From positions 4,192,001 through 4,256,000 of the forward strand of contig OZ243927.1 in assembly GCA_965213925.1 (NCBI GenBank): a stretch of 64,000 nt of DNA, read 5' to 3'. Position numbers and translations under genes: made by a program. The notes beneath the pieces were generated by a model. The model was not told the origin of the DNA. It saw nothing but the letters and a program-made list of their open reading frames with translations, and searched no databases. This stretch comes from Trueperaceae bacterium (lineage in GTDB: Bacteria > Deinococcota > Deinococci > Deinococcales > Trueperaceae). Shown piece after piece: positions 38,634 through 48,033 of this stretch (the stretch's first letter is position 1; the number at the start of each line of letters is the position of its first letter).

Positions 38634-40057
38634 TTCCTTTGGACGTTTACGGTGACGTTGATGGTGACAAACCCCGCGAAGAGTGCGGCGTCTTCGCCGT
38701 GCACCTCCCTGAACCTGCAGATATCGCCGCGCTCTGCCATCTAGGGGTTTTCGCCCTCCAACATAGAGGTCAGGAGTCGTGCGGCATCTGCGTGTCGAAC
38801 GGTGAGGACATCGTCATCGAGAAGGACATGGGGCTCGTCGCGGAGGTCTTTACCGAGGAGCGTATCGAGAAGTTGCGCCTACCCAACATGCGTACGGGCA
38901 TCGGTCACACGCGCTACTCCACGACAGGCTCATCCTTACGCTTCAACGCCCAACCGCTGACGGTGCGCTCGAACAAAGGGCTCTTAGCGCTCGCTCATAA
39001 CGGCAACTTCACCAATGCTAAAGCGATTCGCGTTGAGATGCTGGGCAACGGCGCAGTCTTTCAAACCACCAACGACAGTGAAGTCATGATCAACCTCATC
39101 GCCCGCTACAGCCAACTCTCCTTAGAGGACGCCACCGCGCAGGTGATGAGCGAACTCGAGGGTGGCTTCGCCGTCGTCATCATGGACAAGACCAAGATCA
39201 TCGGGCTGCGCGACGCCAACGGGGTGCGACCTCTCGTCATTGGCGGATTAGAGGGCGGCTACGTCTTCGCCTCGGAGGTTTCTGCTCTCCATGTCATTGG
39301 CGCGTCATACCTGCGCGACGTGAAACCGGGCGAACTCGTCGTGGCGGATGACGCGGGCTTGCACTCGAGGCAAGTTTTAGAGCCTATCCCGACCCCCTGC
39401 GCCTTTGAGTGGATTTACTTTGCGAGAGGGGATGGGACGTTGGACGGGGCGGACGTGCACGCCTCGAGAATCCGCATGGGCGAAGTTTTAGCGGAAGAAT
39501 CTCCGACCGACGCCGACGTGATTGTTGGCGTGCCCGAGTCCGGCTTACCTGCTGCGATTGGGTACGCAAGGGCCTCGGGTATCCCCTTCGACTTAGGGCT
39601 TTATAAATCCCCTTACGCCGGGCGCACCTTCATCAACCCTACCCAAAGGCTGCGCGATCTCAAAGTCAAGCTCAAGCTCGCGCCCACCGCCGCTGTTAAG
39701 GGCAAGCGCGTCGTCTTAGTTGACGACTCCATCGTGCGCGGCACGACCTCGGGGCGCATCGTGCAGCTTCTCCGGGACGCCGGAGCTAAAGAGGTTCACT
39801 TTCGCGTCTCCTCGCCACCCATTAAATACCCCTGTTACTACGGCATCGACACGGCGGCGCGTAAAGAACTCGCGGCGGCGACGATGAGTGTGGAGGAAAT
39901 CTGTGAGCGCATCGGGGCGGATTCGCTCTCCTTTATCTCCGAAGCGGGGCTTTCAAAGGCGATTGGGCTGACGCGGACCTGTTTAGCTTGTTTTGATGGA
40001 GCGTATCCGGCGGGGGTGCCGGAGGAGGAGCAAGAGGAGAGTTTGGTGGCGGTTTGA
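38630..40057 (+). CDS. purF: amidophosphoribosyltransferase
   Basis: EECGVF, LQHRGQE, GHTRYST, VDDSIVRGTT. Confidence 0.97.
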   Translation: MIPLDVYGDVDGDKPREECGVFAVHLPEPADIAALCHLGVFALQHRGQESCGICVSNGEDIVIEKDMGLVAEVFTEERIEKLRLPNMRTGIGHTRYSTTGSSLRFNAQPLTVRSNKGLLALAHNGNFTNAKAIRVEMLGNGAVFQTTNDSEVMINLIARYSQLSLEDATAQVMSELEGGFAVVIMDKTKIIGLRDANGVRPLVIGGLEGGYVFASEVSALHVIGASYLRDVKPGELVVADDAGLHSRQVLEPIPTPCAFEWIYFARGDGTLDGADVHASRIRMGEVLAEESPTDADVIVGVPESGLPAAIGYARASGIPFDLGLYKSPYAGRTFINPTQRLRDLKVKLKLAPTAAVKGKRVVLVDDSIVRGTTSGRIVQLLRDAGAKEVHFRVSSPPIKYPCYYGIDTAARKELAAATMSVEEICERIGADSLSFISEAGLSKAIGLTRTCLACFDGAYPAGVPEEEQEESLVAV

Positions 40058-40063
40058 AGGCTG

Positions 40064-41611
40064 CTAACTCTCCATCCTCAAATTGTAGAATATTTCTAGT
40101 TGGGTTTTAACTTTCTCTCTTAGGTCATTCGTGTCATCTGCCGTTAGAACCTGAAATGACTTGATGTTGAAACCCACGTCCTTTGAGAAATCGCTGCCCG
40201 AAATTGACTTGTTGTGAACCAGTATAAAGTTGTCTTGGCTCAAGCCAGCCCCTTTATTGGCACCCATTAGGTAGCCGATTTCATGATAGACATTTTTGTT
40301 TCCGAGAGAGAGGTCAGCAATAAGTAAGCCGCTGTCGTAAATTAGTTGCAGTATCTCACTATCAATCTCGTAAGAATGCCCTTTAAGATACTCATCAATT
40401 CGTATCTCCCGAAGTTCCAGGTCGAGCTTATGCTCCGTGTTTACGTCATTGACAGCATTCATGATTGCTGTATGGTTCGACTTCGTTTCGGAGCTAAACT
40501 GCATTGAAACGAAAATGGTTCTTTTCTTCGCCTCGAGCACACAATTGAAGATTTTGATGAGTTCTTTAGCGTCGGTGTTTTTGGTTTGATAAAGATGATT
40601 TTTGAGCACCCAGTTTGTAAAAACATTCAAGGTCAACTTAGATTTGAAAGCGTAGTAGATGAACGCAGTGAGTAGCCCCTCGTTAGGGTTCCGATAGAGT
40701 CTTTCGTCGCTATAAATTTCGTTGACCGCAGCCAAATGTTTCTTGAAAACATCCAGCTCATCACCTACCTGTAATAAACCACCGTCTAGCAGAAGTTGAA
40801 ACGAGTTGAGCAGGAAGGTGCGCTTAATGCACGCGCTCTCCTGTGGGTCAAGCACTGCCTTAATGTTTTGCAACATTGATAAATTCCAGCTCAGCAGCAT
40901 CTTTCGCGCTAAGACGTAAGATTCACCGAAGGATTTTCTGAGAACATCGTCAGAGAAAAGCGCTTCGTCTTCGAGAATCAGTTTAAGGCTTTGCTCCATC
41001 GTCAGGGCGATTTGGCGAAAGTTGATGTTGTGAAATAGTGCCCGGCTATACCTCTTCAACTCATCGTCTGACCGAAAAAGAACTAAGCAAAACGGCACGT
41101 TGTAGTTGCTGAACTTCTGACGTAACTCTTCGTCTAAACTGTCGCCATGATTCGTGAGAACGCTTAAACGGTGATTGCCGTCTATACGGTGAAACTTGGA
41201 GAAGTTGCTACTCTCCTCGAGCAGCGCATCATCAATCATCAGCCTTGTCCTTCGAAAGTAAATCTTTGAGCGCAATTCGTTAGGGCTTGAACGGCTTGTG
41301 ATGTAGTCCCTGAGCGTGAACTCAGTAAATTCATGTTTTGCGCCTTTGTCACCCTGCAGCGCTAAAATAAAGTCATTTACTCCGCCCAGATTACTACCGT
41401 CATCTAGGCTTGCTCCTAAGATGACCTCGGGAAAGAAAAGGAAACGCTCCTCATTCAAAAAATCAATCATCTCCTGACGATGCTCCGTAATCAGGTCGCG
41501 CTGATAGCTCTCGTCAGGCGCTGAGATTTTGTCCAAATCCCCCAATGACGCAAAGCCGCGCAAGCAGATGAAGTTACCCAGCGAGTTATCTAAGACCCCT
41601 TCTAAAATCAC
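40064..41611 (-). CDS. DGQHR/DndB-like domain fused to C-terminal nucleoside 2-deoxyribosyltransferase/TIR-like domain
   Basis: N-term YQRDL, FFPEVIL, RIDGNHRL, FHNINFRQ; C-term IFVSMQF, RIDE, IADLS..NKNVYHEIGY. Confidence 0.75.
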   Translation of the reverse strand: MILEGVLDNSLGNFICLRGFASLGDLDKISAPDESYQRDLITEHRQEMIDFLNEERFLFFPEVILGASLDDGSNLGGVNDFILALQGDKGAKHEFTEFTLRDYITSRSSPNELRSKIYFRRTRLMIDDALLEESSNFSKFHRIDGNHRLSVLTNHGDSLDEELRQKFSNYNVPFCLVLFRSDDELKRYSRALFHNINFRQIALTMEQSLKLILEDEALFSDDVLRKSFGESYVLARKMLLSWNLSMLQNIKAVLDPQESACIKRTFLLNSFQLLLDGGLLQVGDELDVFKKHLAAVNEIYSDERLYRNPNEGLLTAFIYYAFKSKLTLNVFTNWVLKNHLYQTKNTDAKELIKIFNCVLEAKKRTIFVSMQFSSETKSNHTAIMNAVNDVNTEHKLDLELREIRIDEYLKGHSYEIDSEILQLIYDSGLLIADLSLGNKNVYHEIGYLMGANKGAGLSQDNFILVHNKSISGSDFSKDVGFNIKSFQVLTADDTNDLREKVKTQLEIFYNLRMES

Positions 41612-43044
41612 GCCGCCTCACCTAAGATCATGGCTTCAACTTCACGCTTAGCTTGCTCTAAAGTATTACTTGCTTCGCCTCGTAACTGCTTTGCCTTGAG
41701 TCTAATTGAAGCTATCTCTTGCGCAATAGTTTGCTGTTCCATAAGAGAGGGTAAAGGAATATTTACCTGCGCAAGCGCATCATTGTTGACACCCGATTGG
41801 TTGTTCCAGTTTGTGCAAATTTTGAAGAAAACTTTTCGCCGCTGATACATATTGAGCAAAGCTGTCAGGTAACGAGGTGAAACTACGTTCTCATTGAGAC
41901 TAATGCGCGTGATGTGATTGGAGCAGAAATAATCACCGTCTAAGTCAAATAGTACAGTTTTTCCCACCAGCTCTTGACTGTTAGTGTTGTTGAAAAGCAC
42001 CTCATTTCGTCTCAGTAAATCGTTTTCATGATGTTCTTTTTGCACGTAGTCAATTAGTACGTTCTTTTCAAATATTAACTCTCTCGCGGGACTGATGTTT
42101 GTAGGACGTATCTGAACAATGCCTTCAGATTGCCTTGCCTGGTCTTGCTTCCCGGCAGCAAAGCCCGTCTGAAGGTGTTGTACAACGTCTTTCAATCGCT
42201 CCATAGGATAAGTCGAGCCTTCAAGCATCTTATAAACACCTTGCGTATGAAATAGCGGGTCTAATCTACTACCCGTAACATCGCTGAGTTTCCGGTAAAA
42301 GACTCGATTCTGCAAATCGTTTTTTTCCTCGAGCGGCTTTTCGATACCTAGAGCCTCGAGCAGGTAATCATCTATCCCATCTAAAAGCTGCTGAGCGGCG
42401 GCTTCTTTTTGTTTTTTCAACTCGTAGGCAGCGTTAATCTTAGCTACTACATTCTCTTGTACCTCTTTTGATGGCAAAGGGATAGGTAGACTTTTATATT
42501 CTTCTGCGTTTATGTTTGGCTGTCCTGCTGCACGTTGCACTGCTTGAACCCACTTCTGATATACGCCAAGCTGAGTGAATGCAAAGAGGTAGTCTGGGCT
42601 TATCAGCTCAGAATTCACAACGAGACGAATCATATAACCAGCAAAAAAACATGGGTAGTCAACTGATTCAGTTTTATGTATGTACGCTTTGCCTACTGTG
42701 GCACCACTCCGAGCGAACAGAAGATCGTTGTTTTCGAGTAGATACTGATCTTCTATAACGTCTGCTGTAACACCAACTTCGTTTCTCAAAAGACCATATT
42801 CATCAACATCCGTAATCCTGATATATCTCGGTTCGTCTAAACTCAATCTTTCTTTCCCCGGCTCATTGGCTCCATACTGAGGTTTCTTCTGTAAAAGCGT
42901 CCCGAGTTTTCTGGGCTCGAACTTGTAGTGCGTAATAGTTCTGTTGTATAGAACCATTAAAGGGTCAAATCTAGCTTGAAGCTCGCTGAGATTAGCTATA
43001 AAAATTTTCGGCTCGTCTGTACTTATTGAAAGCTCAAAACTCAC
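41608..43044 (-). CDS. hsdS: restriction-modification specificity subunit (HsdS-like, two TRDs)
   Basis: RFDP/RLDP, YIRITD, DLLFARSGATVGK, QPNIN...PIPLPSKEVQ, then a second TRD with NIPLPSLMEQQTI. Confidence 0.9.
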   Translation of the reverse strand: MSFELSISTDEPKIFIANLSELQARFDPLMVLYNRTITHYKFEPRKLGTLLQKKPQYGANEPGKERLSLDEPRYIRITDVDEYGLLRNEVGVTADVIEDQYLLENNDLLFARSGATVGKAYIHKTESVDYPCFFAGYMIRLVVNSELISPDYLFAFTQLGVYQKWVQAVQRAAGQPNINAEEYKSLPIPLPSKEVQENVVAKINAAYELKKQKEAAAQQLLDGIDDYLLEALGIEKPLEEKNDLQNRVFYRKLSDVTGSRLDPLFHTQGVYKMLEGSTYPMERLKDVVQHLQTGFAAGKQDQARQSEGIVQIRPTNISPARELIFEKNVLIDYVQKEHHENDLLRRNEVLFNNTNSQELVGKTVLFDLDGDYFCSNHITRISLNENVVSPRYLTALLNMYQRRKVFFKICTNWNNQSGVNNDALAQVNIPLPSLMEQQTIAQEIASIRLKAKQLRGEASNTLEQAKREVEAMILGEAA

Positions 43045-45173
43045 GCTTGCCCCTGCTCAACAGCCCGAATGAACCTGCTCAACTCCTCACCTATCGCCCC
43101 AAGCTCACTGTTATGCGTCTCTTTACCCGTCGCGTCATAACCGATGTCTTCGGCTATCGCCATGAGTATCGGGTAATCGTCTAAGACCTCTTGTTTGCGC
43201 TCGTCGTAGCTTTCTAGTAGCTCTTCTTTTAGCGCATCTACCTGCTGCCTGTAATATTCGCTCACCTCTTTGCGCCAGTCCTTGTAAGCTTGGTTGTCGC
43301 GTAACGCCTTGCCGCTCAAATCTTGCGCGTTGTCAAAGCCGCGCAGCTCGGCGAGGTGCTGCTTTTTCGCGTCGTCAATCTCTTGTAATCGTTGCAAATA
43401 GTCGTGGTCAGTGAGGATGTCACTCTGCAGGGAGGCTTTTTGCTGTTTGATGCGTTCGGTGGCCGCCTCGTCGTGCTTTCTCAGGAAAAGCACGGAGCTT
43501 TTGACGCCTGCGCCCGTCGCGGTAAAGGCGGTCTGGGGCATACTGACAACGGCTACGACGCGGTACATCTCTTCGATATTGTCGCGTACGTATTGGAGGC
43601 TCGAGTTCGTCAGGATGCCGTCGGGCACGACCATTGCTAAGTAACCGCCCGCTTTTAAGAAGTTGTGACACTGTTCTATAAAGAGAACTTCGGTGCTTTG
43701 GTTGGGGCGCTCGCTGCGCTTGCTCTTGGGGTCGAGCCAGCTCCCTTCTTTGTAGGCAAAGCCGTAGTTGCCCATGTAAGCCTGCTCGGTTTGTTTAACA
43801 ACGGAGCCAAAAGGCGGATTGGTGATGACAAAGTCAAAGGTCCCGTAGGTGAAGCCTTGATTTTTAGTACGGTTGTAGATGTCCTCACCGCTGATGAGCC
43901 CGTCTGCTGCGATGACGTTGGTGTGTCCGTCGTCGTGAATGATCATGTTCATCTTAGCAACCCTAGCGATTTGCTCGTTGATTTCAATACCGAAGAGGTT
44001 TTTCTCGGCGAACGTGTGCCAATGTCGGTAGTGATTTCTACCTTCAGGCGTTTTCTCGTCTCCGATTTCATTAGGGTAGTAATCATCTGCTTCACGTCTT
44101 ACTTTGTCTAGCGCATGAAGTAAAAAACCACCACTACCGCAGGAGGTGTCTAATACTTTTGACGTATGAGTTATAGGTAGCACATCAACAATGAACCTAA
44201 CAATAGGGCGTGGTGTGAAGTACTGTCCAAAATCTCCCCTGAAAAATGACCCCATAAATGTTTCAAAGGCTCGCCCTTTGCTATCTAAGTCAGTTTCTCC
44301 TAAATTTACACTCTGTAAGTACCCCACGACTGTACGTAATTTGTCAGCGCTCAAACGTATGTCTTCCTTAAAGACCTCAGTGTCCCTCTTGCGACCTTCT
44401 TGGTAAAGGGATTCAATCCGTTTAAGTAGCTCTTGATTTGTCTTCCCCTCAGTGTCTTCTTGAAAAATTTGGAACTTATAGGGCTCACCTGATTTACAGT
44501 TTCGCTCATCCCAGATTTTGCAGAAGATGAGTTTATCTAGCTCATCAAAGGCTGACGAAGGGTTGAGTTCGCCGCCACCCCATAAAGCTTGATGTGCTTG
44601 CTTGAAGCACCTAGTTAATTCACCTTCTTCAACCACTTCTAAGTCAAAAAACCTTTGACCGTTCGGAGTTGTACCACCACCCTTGACGTATTTGTACTTC
44701 GCAATATTGGTGACACCGTACTGGGGAATGTCAGGGATGGTCAGACGGTCTTTAGGCTTCTTTTTGGGGACTTCGTAGTAAACATCTTTGATTCCTGACG
44801 TAACCCACACGTACCTAGCGCCCTCAGCTACGGCGTAGCTAAACGCTTGTTCAACGGCTTGCTTGAACTCGAGTTCTGAAACGTCTTCCTTTTTGCACTC
44901 CACAACGATATGAGGAGAAAGGTGCTGGTCATCGTTGTAGACGATGATGTCGGCTTCGCGTTGGCTCGAGCCCATCGTCACGCTCACGAAAGAGCGTATC
45001 CTGTTAGGCGAATATCCGTAGGTGAGAATAAGCTTTAAGAAGGTTTCTGCTTGTACCTTCTCTTCCGGGTTAGCGTAGTTGCGGCGTCTGTTCTCATTCA
45101 GATAAACAACGTTTTTCTTGTCGTTGTCAATTAGAATAAAATTTTGCTTCACACCGTGTTCTATTAGGTTCAT
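43041..45173 (-). CDS. fused HsdR_N-type nuclease / N6-adenine DNA methyltransferase (type IIB/IIG-like RM subunit)
   Basis: PEEKVQ, ADIIVY...VECKK nuclease motif; GQYFTPR, LDTSCGSGGFL, NPPF. Confidence 0.9.
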   Translation of the reverse strand: MNLIEHGVKQNFILIDNDKKNVVYLNENRRRNYANPEEKVQAETFLKLILTYGYSPNRIRSFVSVTMGSSQREADIIVYNDDQHLSPHIVVECKKEDVSELEFKQAVEQAFSYAVAEGARYVWVTSGIKDVYYEVPKKKPKDRLTIPDIPQYGVTNIAKYKYVKGGGTTPNGQRFFDLEVVEEGELTRCFKQAHQALWGGGELNPSSAFDELDKLIFCKIWDERNCKSGEPYKFQIFQEDTEGKTNQELLKRIESLYQEGRKRDTEVFKEDIRLSADKLRTVVGYLQSVNLGETDLDSKGRAFETFMGSFFRGDFGQYFTPRPIVRFIVDVLPITHTSKVLDTSCGSGGFLLHALDKVRREADDYYPNEIGDEKTPEGRNHYRHWHTFAEKNLFGIEINEQIARVAKMNMIIHDDGHTNVIAADGLISGEDIYNRTKNQGFTYGTFDFVITNPPFGSVVKQTEQAYMGNYGFAYKEGSWLDPKSKRSERPNQSTEVLFIEQCHNFLKAGGYLAMVVPDGILTNSSLQYVRDNIEEMYRVVAVVSMPQTAFTATGAGVKSSVLFLRKHDEAATERIKQQKASLQSDILTDHDYLQRLQEIDDAKKQHLAELRGFDNAQDLSGKALRDNQAYKDWRKEVSEYYRQQVDALKEELLESYDERKQEVLDDYPILMAIAEDIGYDATGKETHNSELGAIGEELSRFIRAVEQGQA

Positions 45174-45438
45174 TAGCTTGTAATAATAACGTTTTTGAGC
45201 AGTCCTGGTATCATCTCAAAGATGAAGCAACCATGTTCCTCTCACTATTCCAAGAGTCTCCTACCGTATCTCCCGCGCCAGCAACCCTATTCCTGAAAGG
45301 ACCTCATGACCCGCCAACAGGTCCTCGAGAAAACCAAACACCTCCACGCTTTAGATGACGAGGCGCTCGAGCCAACCAACGCCATCCTCTAAAAAGGCTA
45401 CACTAAGGGCTACAAATACTACCTTCAAGGAGGTCACG

Positions 45439-45698
45439 GTGAAGCGTGTCGGTATCCGCGAATTCAAAGACAAAGCCACACCGCCCTGATTGCCGAAGAG
45501 AAGGGTTTGGTTATCGAGAAGCACGGCAAACCTGTCGGGTTTTATATTCCGCTTCCCAAAAAGGACAAGGTAAAGACGAAAGAGGCGGCGCGGAGGCTCG
45601 AGCACACCATCGAAGGTATTTTAGAGCGCACGGGCATGAACCGCGCCGAACTCGAGGCGGCTTGGGACGAGGCGGAGCGCGTCTCGAGTCTTCAATAA
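45439..45698 (+). pseudogene. Phd/YefM-like antitoxin, frameshifted
   Basis: AAGGAGG RBS, GTG start, MKRVGIREFKDKAT, frameshift at GCCACACCGCC, then ALIAEEKGLVIEKHGKPVGFYIP. Confidence 0.75.
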
Positions 45699-45713
45699 AG
45701 TAGAATGAACTCT

Positions 45714-46262
45714 ATGGTAGCAGGCGCACCCAAACACACCTTCACAGCAGATGAATTTCTGCGGCTCGCCGAGCTTAACTTCTTCGGTGAGGGCGAGCGC
45801 GTCGAGCTTTTAGAGGGGGAAATCTACCACATGTCGCCTACCGGTCCTTCTCACGGCGCGGCAGTAGCTCGCCTTCACGAGCGTTTACTCCTTGCCCTTG
45901 TCGGGCGTACCATCCTCTGGAACCAGTCCTCGGTACGTTTGGGTATATCTATGCCAGAACCCGACTTAGCGCTTCTAGTACCTAAAGCTGACTACTACGC
46001 AAGCGCAAATCCTGAACCGGAGGACATTTTGCTTGTAATTGAGGTGGCGCAAACCTCTTTAGCCTACGACCGCGCTAAGCTCGCTATTTACGCTCGTAAC
46101 GGCGTGCAAGAGGTGTGGATTGCTGACCTTGATGGTGAGTTGCTCGAGGTCTACCGAGAACCGGGCGCGGGTACGTATAGAACTTCGTTCGCCCTGAACT
46201 TCAACGAACCGCTGAGTCCGCTCGCGTTTCCTGATGAAGCTGGGGTGTGGTTGGGTCAATAG
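45714..46262 (+). CDS. Uma2 (DUF820) family endonuclease
   Basis: RVELLEGEI..MSP, PEPDL, LVIEVA, K..IYA..GVQEVWIADL. Confidence 0.92.
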   Translation: MVAGAPKHTFTADEFLRLAELNFFGEGERVELLEGEIYHMSPTGPSHGAAVARLHERLLLALVGRTILWNQSSVRLGISMPEPDLALLVPKADYYASANPEPEDILLVIEVAQTSLAYDRAKLAIYARNGVQEVWIADLDGELLEVYREPGAGTYRTSFALNFNEPLSPLAFPDEAGVWLGQ

Positions 46263-46265
46263 CGG

Positions 46266-46889
46266 CTACTGCATCTCCCGCGCCAAGAGCCCCGTCGTCG
46301 AAACCAGCACCGCGTAACGCTTAGGTTCCCTCGCCGGCACGAATGTCGCGGAGCCGTAGCGGGCGTCCACGAGGGTTTCTAAGGGCTCGTAGCGCTGCAC
46401 CATCCTGAACATGTCTAGCTCGAGCGGCTTCTCCTGCGCCAACGAATACACCGTGCGCGGACGGGTCTGCTCGTCGTCCAAAAGGTCATAGCGCCCTGCC
46501 ACCCGGTCGAGTTCGTACATCGTGCGCAAGCCTAAAAGGTTCGCCCTCGGATGCCACTTGAGGATGTGCGCGTCAACGAAGAGAGCGTCGCCTGCAAGCT
46601 CAAACGTCTCGGTTCTGCCGTCTGGAAATTCGAACACGGCGCGGTAGCGCTGCGTACCAAGAGGTTCGATGGAAACCGTCGCCGCTACCGTCTCCTGGAT
46701 GAGCGACTGATACCCTCTCGTCGCGACGCTCACCAAGCCCGAAGCCGCCGCGATGACGAAGAGGGCAAGGCTGAGAAACCCTCTAAAGGTTGCGCTTCCC
46801 CAGTGCCGTTTCCGGGAGGCGAGCACCGCGTAAACCAGCAGCACGAGCGCGAGCAGCGCGGGTACCCAGGTGAGCAGCGTGAGCATCAC
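46266..46889 (-). CDS. hypothetical membrane protein
   Basis: Two N-terminal TM helices and a soluble domain. Confidence 0.7.
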   Translation of the reverse strand: MMLTLLTWVPALLALVLLVYAVLASRKRHWGSATFRGFLSLALFVIAAASGLVSVATRGYQSLIQETVAATVSIEPLGTQRYRAVFEFPDGRTETFELAGDALFVDAHILKWHPRANLLGLRTMYELDRVAGRYDLLDDEQTRPRTVYSLAQEKPLELDMFRMVQRYEPLETLVDARYGSATFVPAREPKRYAVLVSTTGLLAREMQ

Positions 46890-46913
46890 ACTGTGAATTT
46901 TACAGTATGAAGA

Positions 46914-47858
46914 TTAGAGCGCGTCTTCCGCCTCTTCGGTGGGCGGCCACGACCCGCCGAGTCTGAGCCACGCCTCGACCATATCGGTAGGCACTTGCGC
47001 GGAGAAGGTGATGGCGTGATTGTCCTGCGGGTGCGGCAGCGTGAGGCGGTGGGCGTGCAGCGCGTGGCGGGAGATGGTTGAGGAGCCTTTGCCGTAAACG
47101 CCGTCCCCTAAGATGGGTGCGCCCAAATGCGCCAGATGCACGCGAATCTGATGCGTTCGCCCCGTGTGCGGCTTCGCTCTGACCAAAAGGTAGCCGTTCG
47201 CCCGCGCCAACACCCGGAAGTACGTCGTCGCGCTCCTCGGGTTGTTGCCGCCGACCATCATCTTGCGCCCGTGGACGGGGTGCCGCCCGATGGGTCCGTC
47301 CATATAGAGGTCGTCATCTAGCTTGCCCACGGCAATGGCGATGTACTCCTTTTCCGTGAGGCGCTTTTTGAACGACTTGGAGATGTGGCGGTGCGCCTCG
47401 TCGCGCTTGGCGACGACCATCACGCCGGAGGTCTCCTTGTCTAAACGGTGGACGATGCCGGGGCGGTAGTCTTCGGCTTCGGGGTCAAAGGCTTTATCTT
47501 TGGCGAGTTCGACGCGGCCTAGAAGGGCGTTCACGACGGTGCCTGTTCGCAAGGAGGCGGTAGGGTGCGCCGTCATGCCGGGCGGCTTGTTGATAGCGAT
47601 GAGGTCGTCGTCTTCGTAGATGATGTTCAAAGGGACCTCTTCGGGCTCGACCATCATCGGCTTAGGGGGCGGCAGCATCACCGAGACGAGTTCGGCTCCT
47701 GAGAGCTTGGTGGCGGGTTTGGCGACGGGTTGCCCGTTCAGTTGCACGTAGCCCTCGCTCACGAGTTCTTTGGCGTAGGTGCGACTGGTCTCCAGCTCTA
47801 AAGAAATCGCCACGTCCAACCGTTCGCCTGCAGGCGCTTCGAAAACACGAAAATCCAT
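46914..47858 (-). CDS. RluA family pseudouridine synthase (RluD-like, S4 domain)
   Basis: INKPPGM, GIVHRLDKETSG, TGRTHQIRVH, ALHA. Confidence 0.95.
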   Translation of the reverse strand: MDFRVFEAPAGERLDVAISLELETSRTYAKELVSEGYVQLNGQPVAKPATKLSGAELVSVMLPPPKPMMVEPEEVPLNIIYEDDDLIAINKPPGMTAHPTASLRTGTVVNALLGRVELAKDKAFDPEAEDYRPGIVHRLDKETSGVMVVAKRDEAHRHISKSFKKRLTEKEYIAIAVGKLDDDLYMDGPIGRHPVHGRKMMVGGNNPRSATTYFRVLARANGYLLVRAKPHTGRTHQIRVHLAHLGAPILGDGVYGKGSSTISRHALHAHRLTLPHPQDNHAITFSAQVPTDMVEAWLRLGGSWPPTEEAEDAL

Positions 47859-48033
47859 TGGGTCTAGTCTACCGCGAGAGTATGAAAAGTGGGGCAAAGT
47901 GGTCCTTGAAAAGGCGTAGTCAGTAACCAGTAGTCAGAATTCAGCACGAAATCCTCCTGACTACTGAATTCTAACTACTGACTACTGCTCCCCCGAATAG
48001 CCAAACCCCACCCTCTCATTTATAATGCTCCCA

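Noticed and set aside
40064..41611. Phosphorothioation (dnd) system
   Set aside because: Only a DGQHR-like domain is present; no DndA/C/D/E or Ssp genes in the window
40058..46265. Prophage or integrative element
   Set aside because: No integrase, transposase, tRNA target or att-like direct repeats seen
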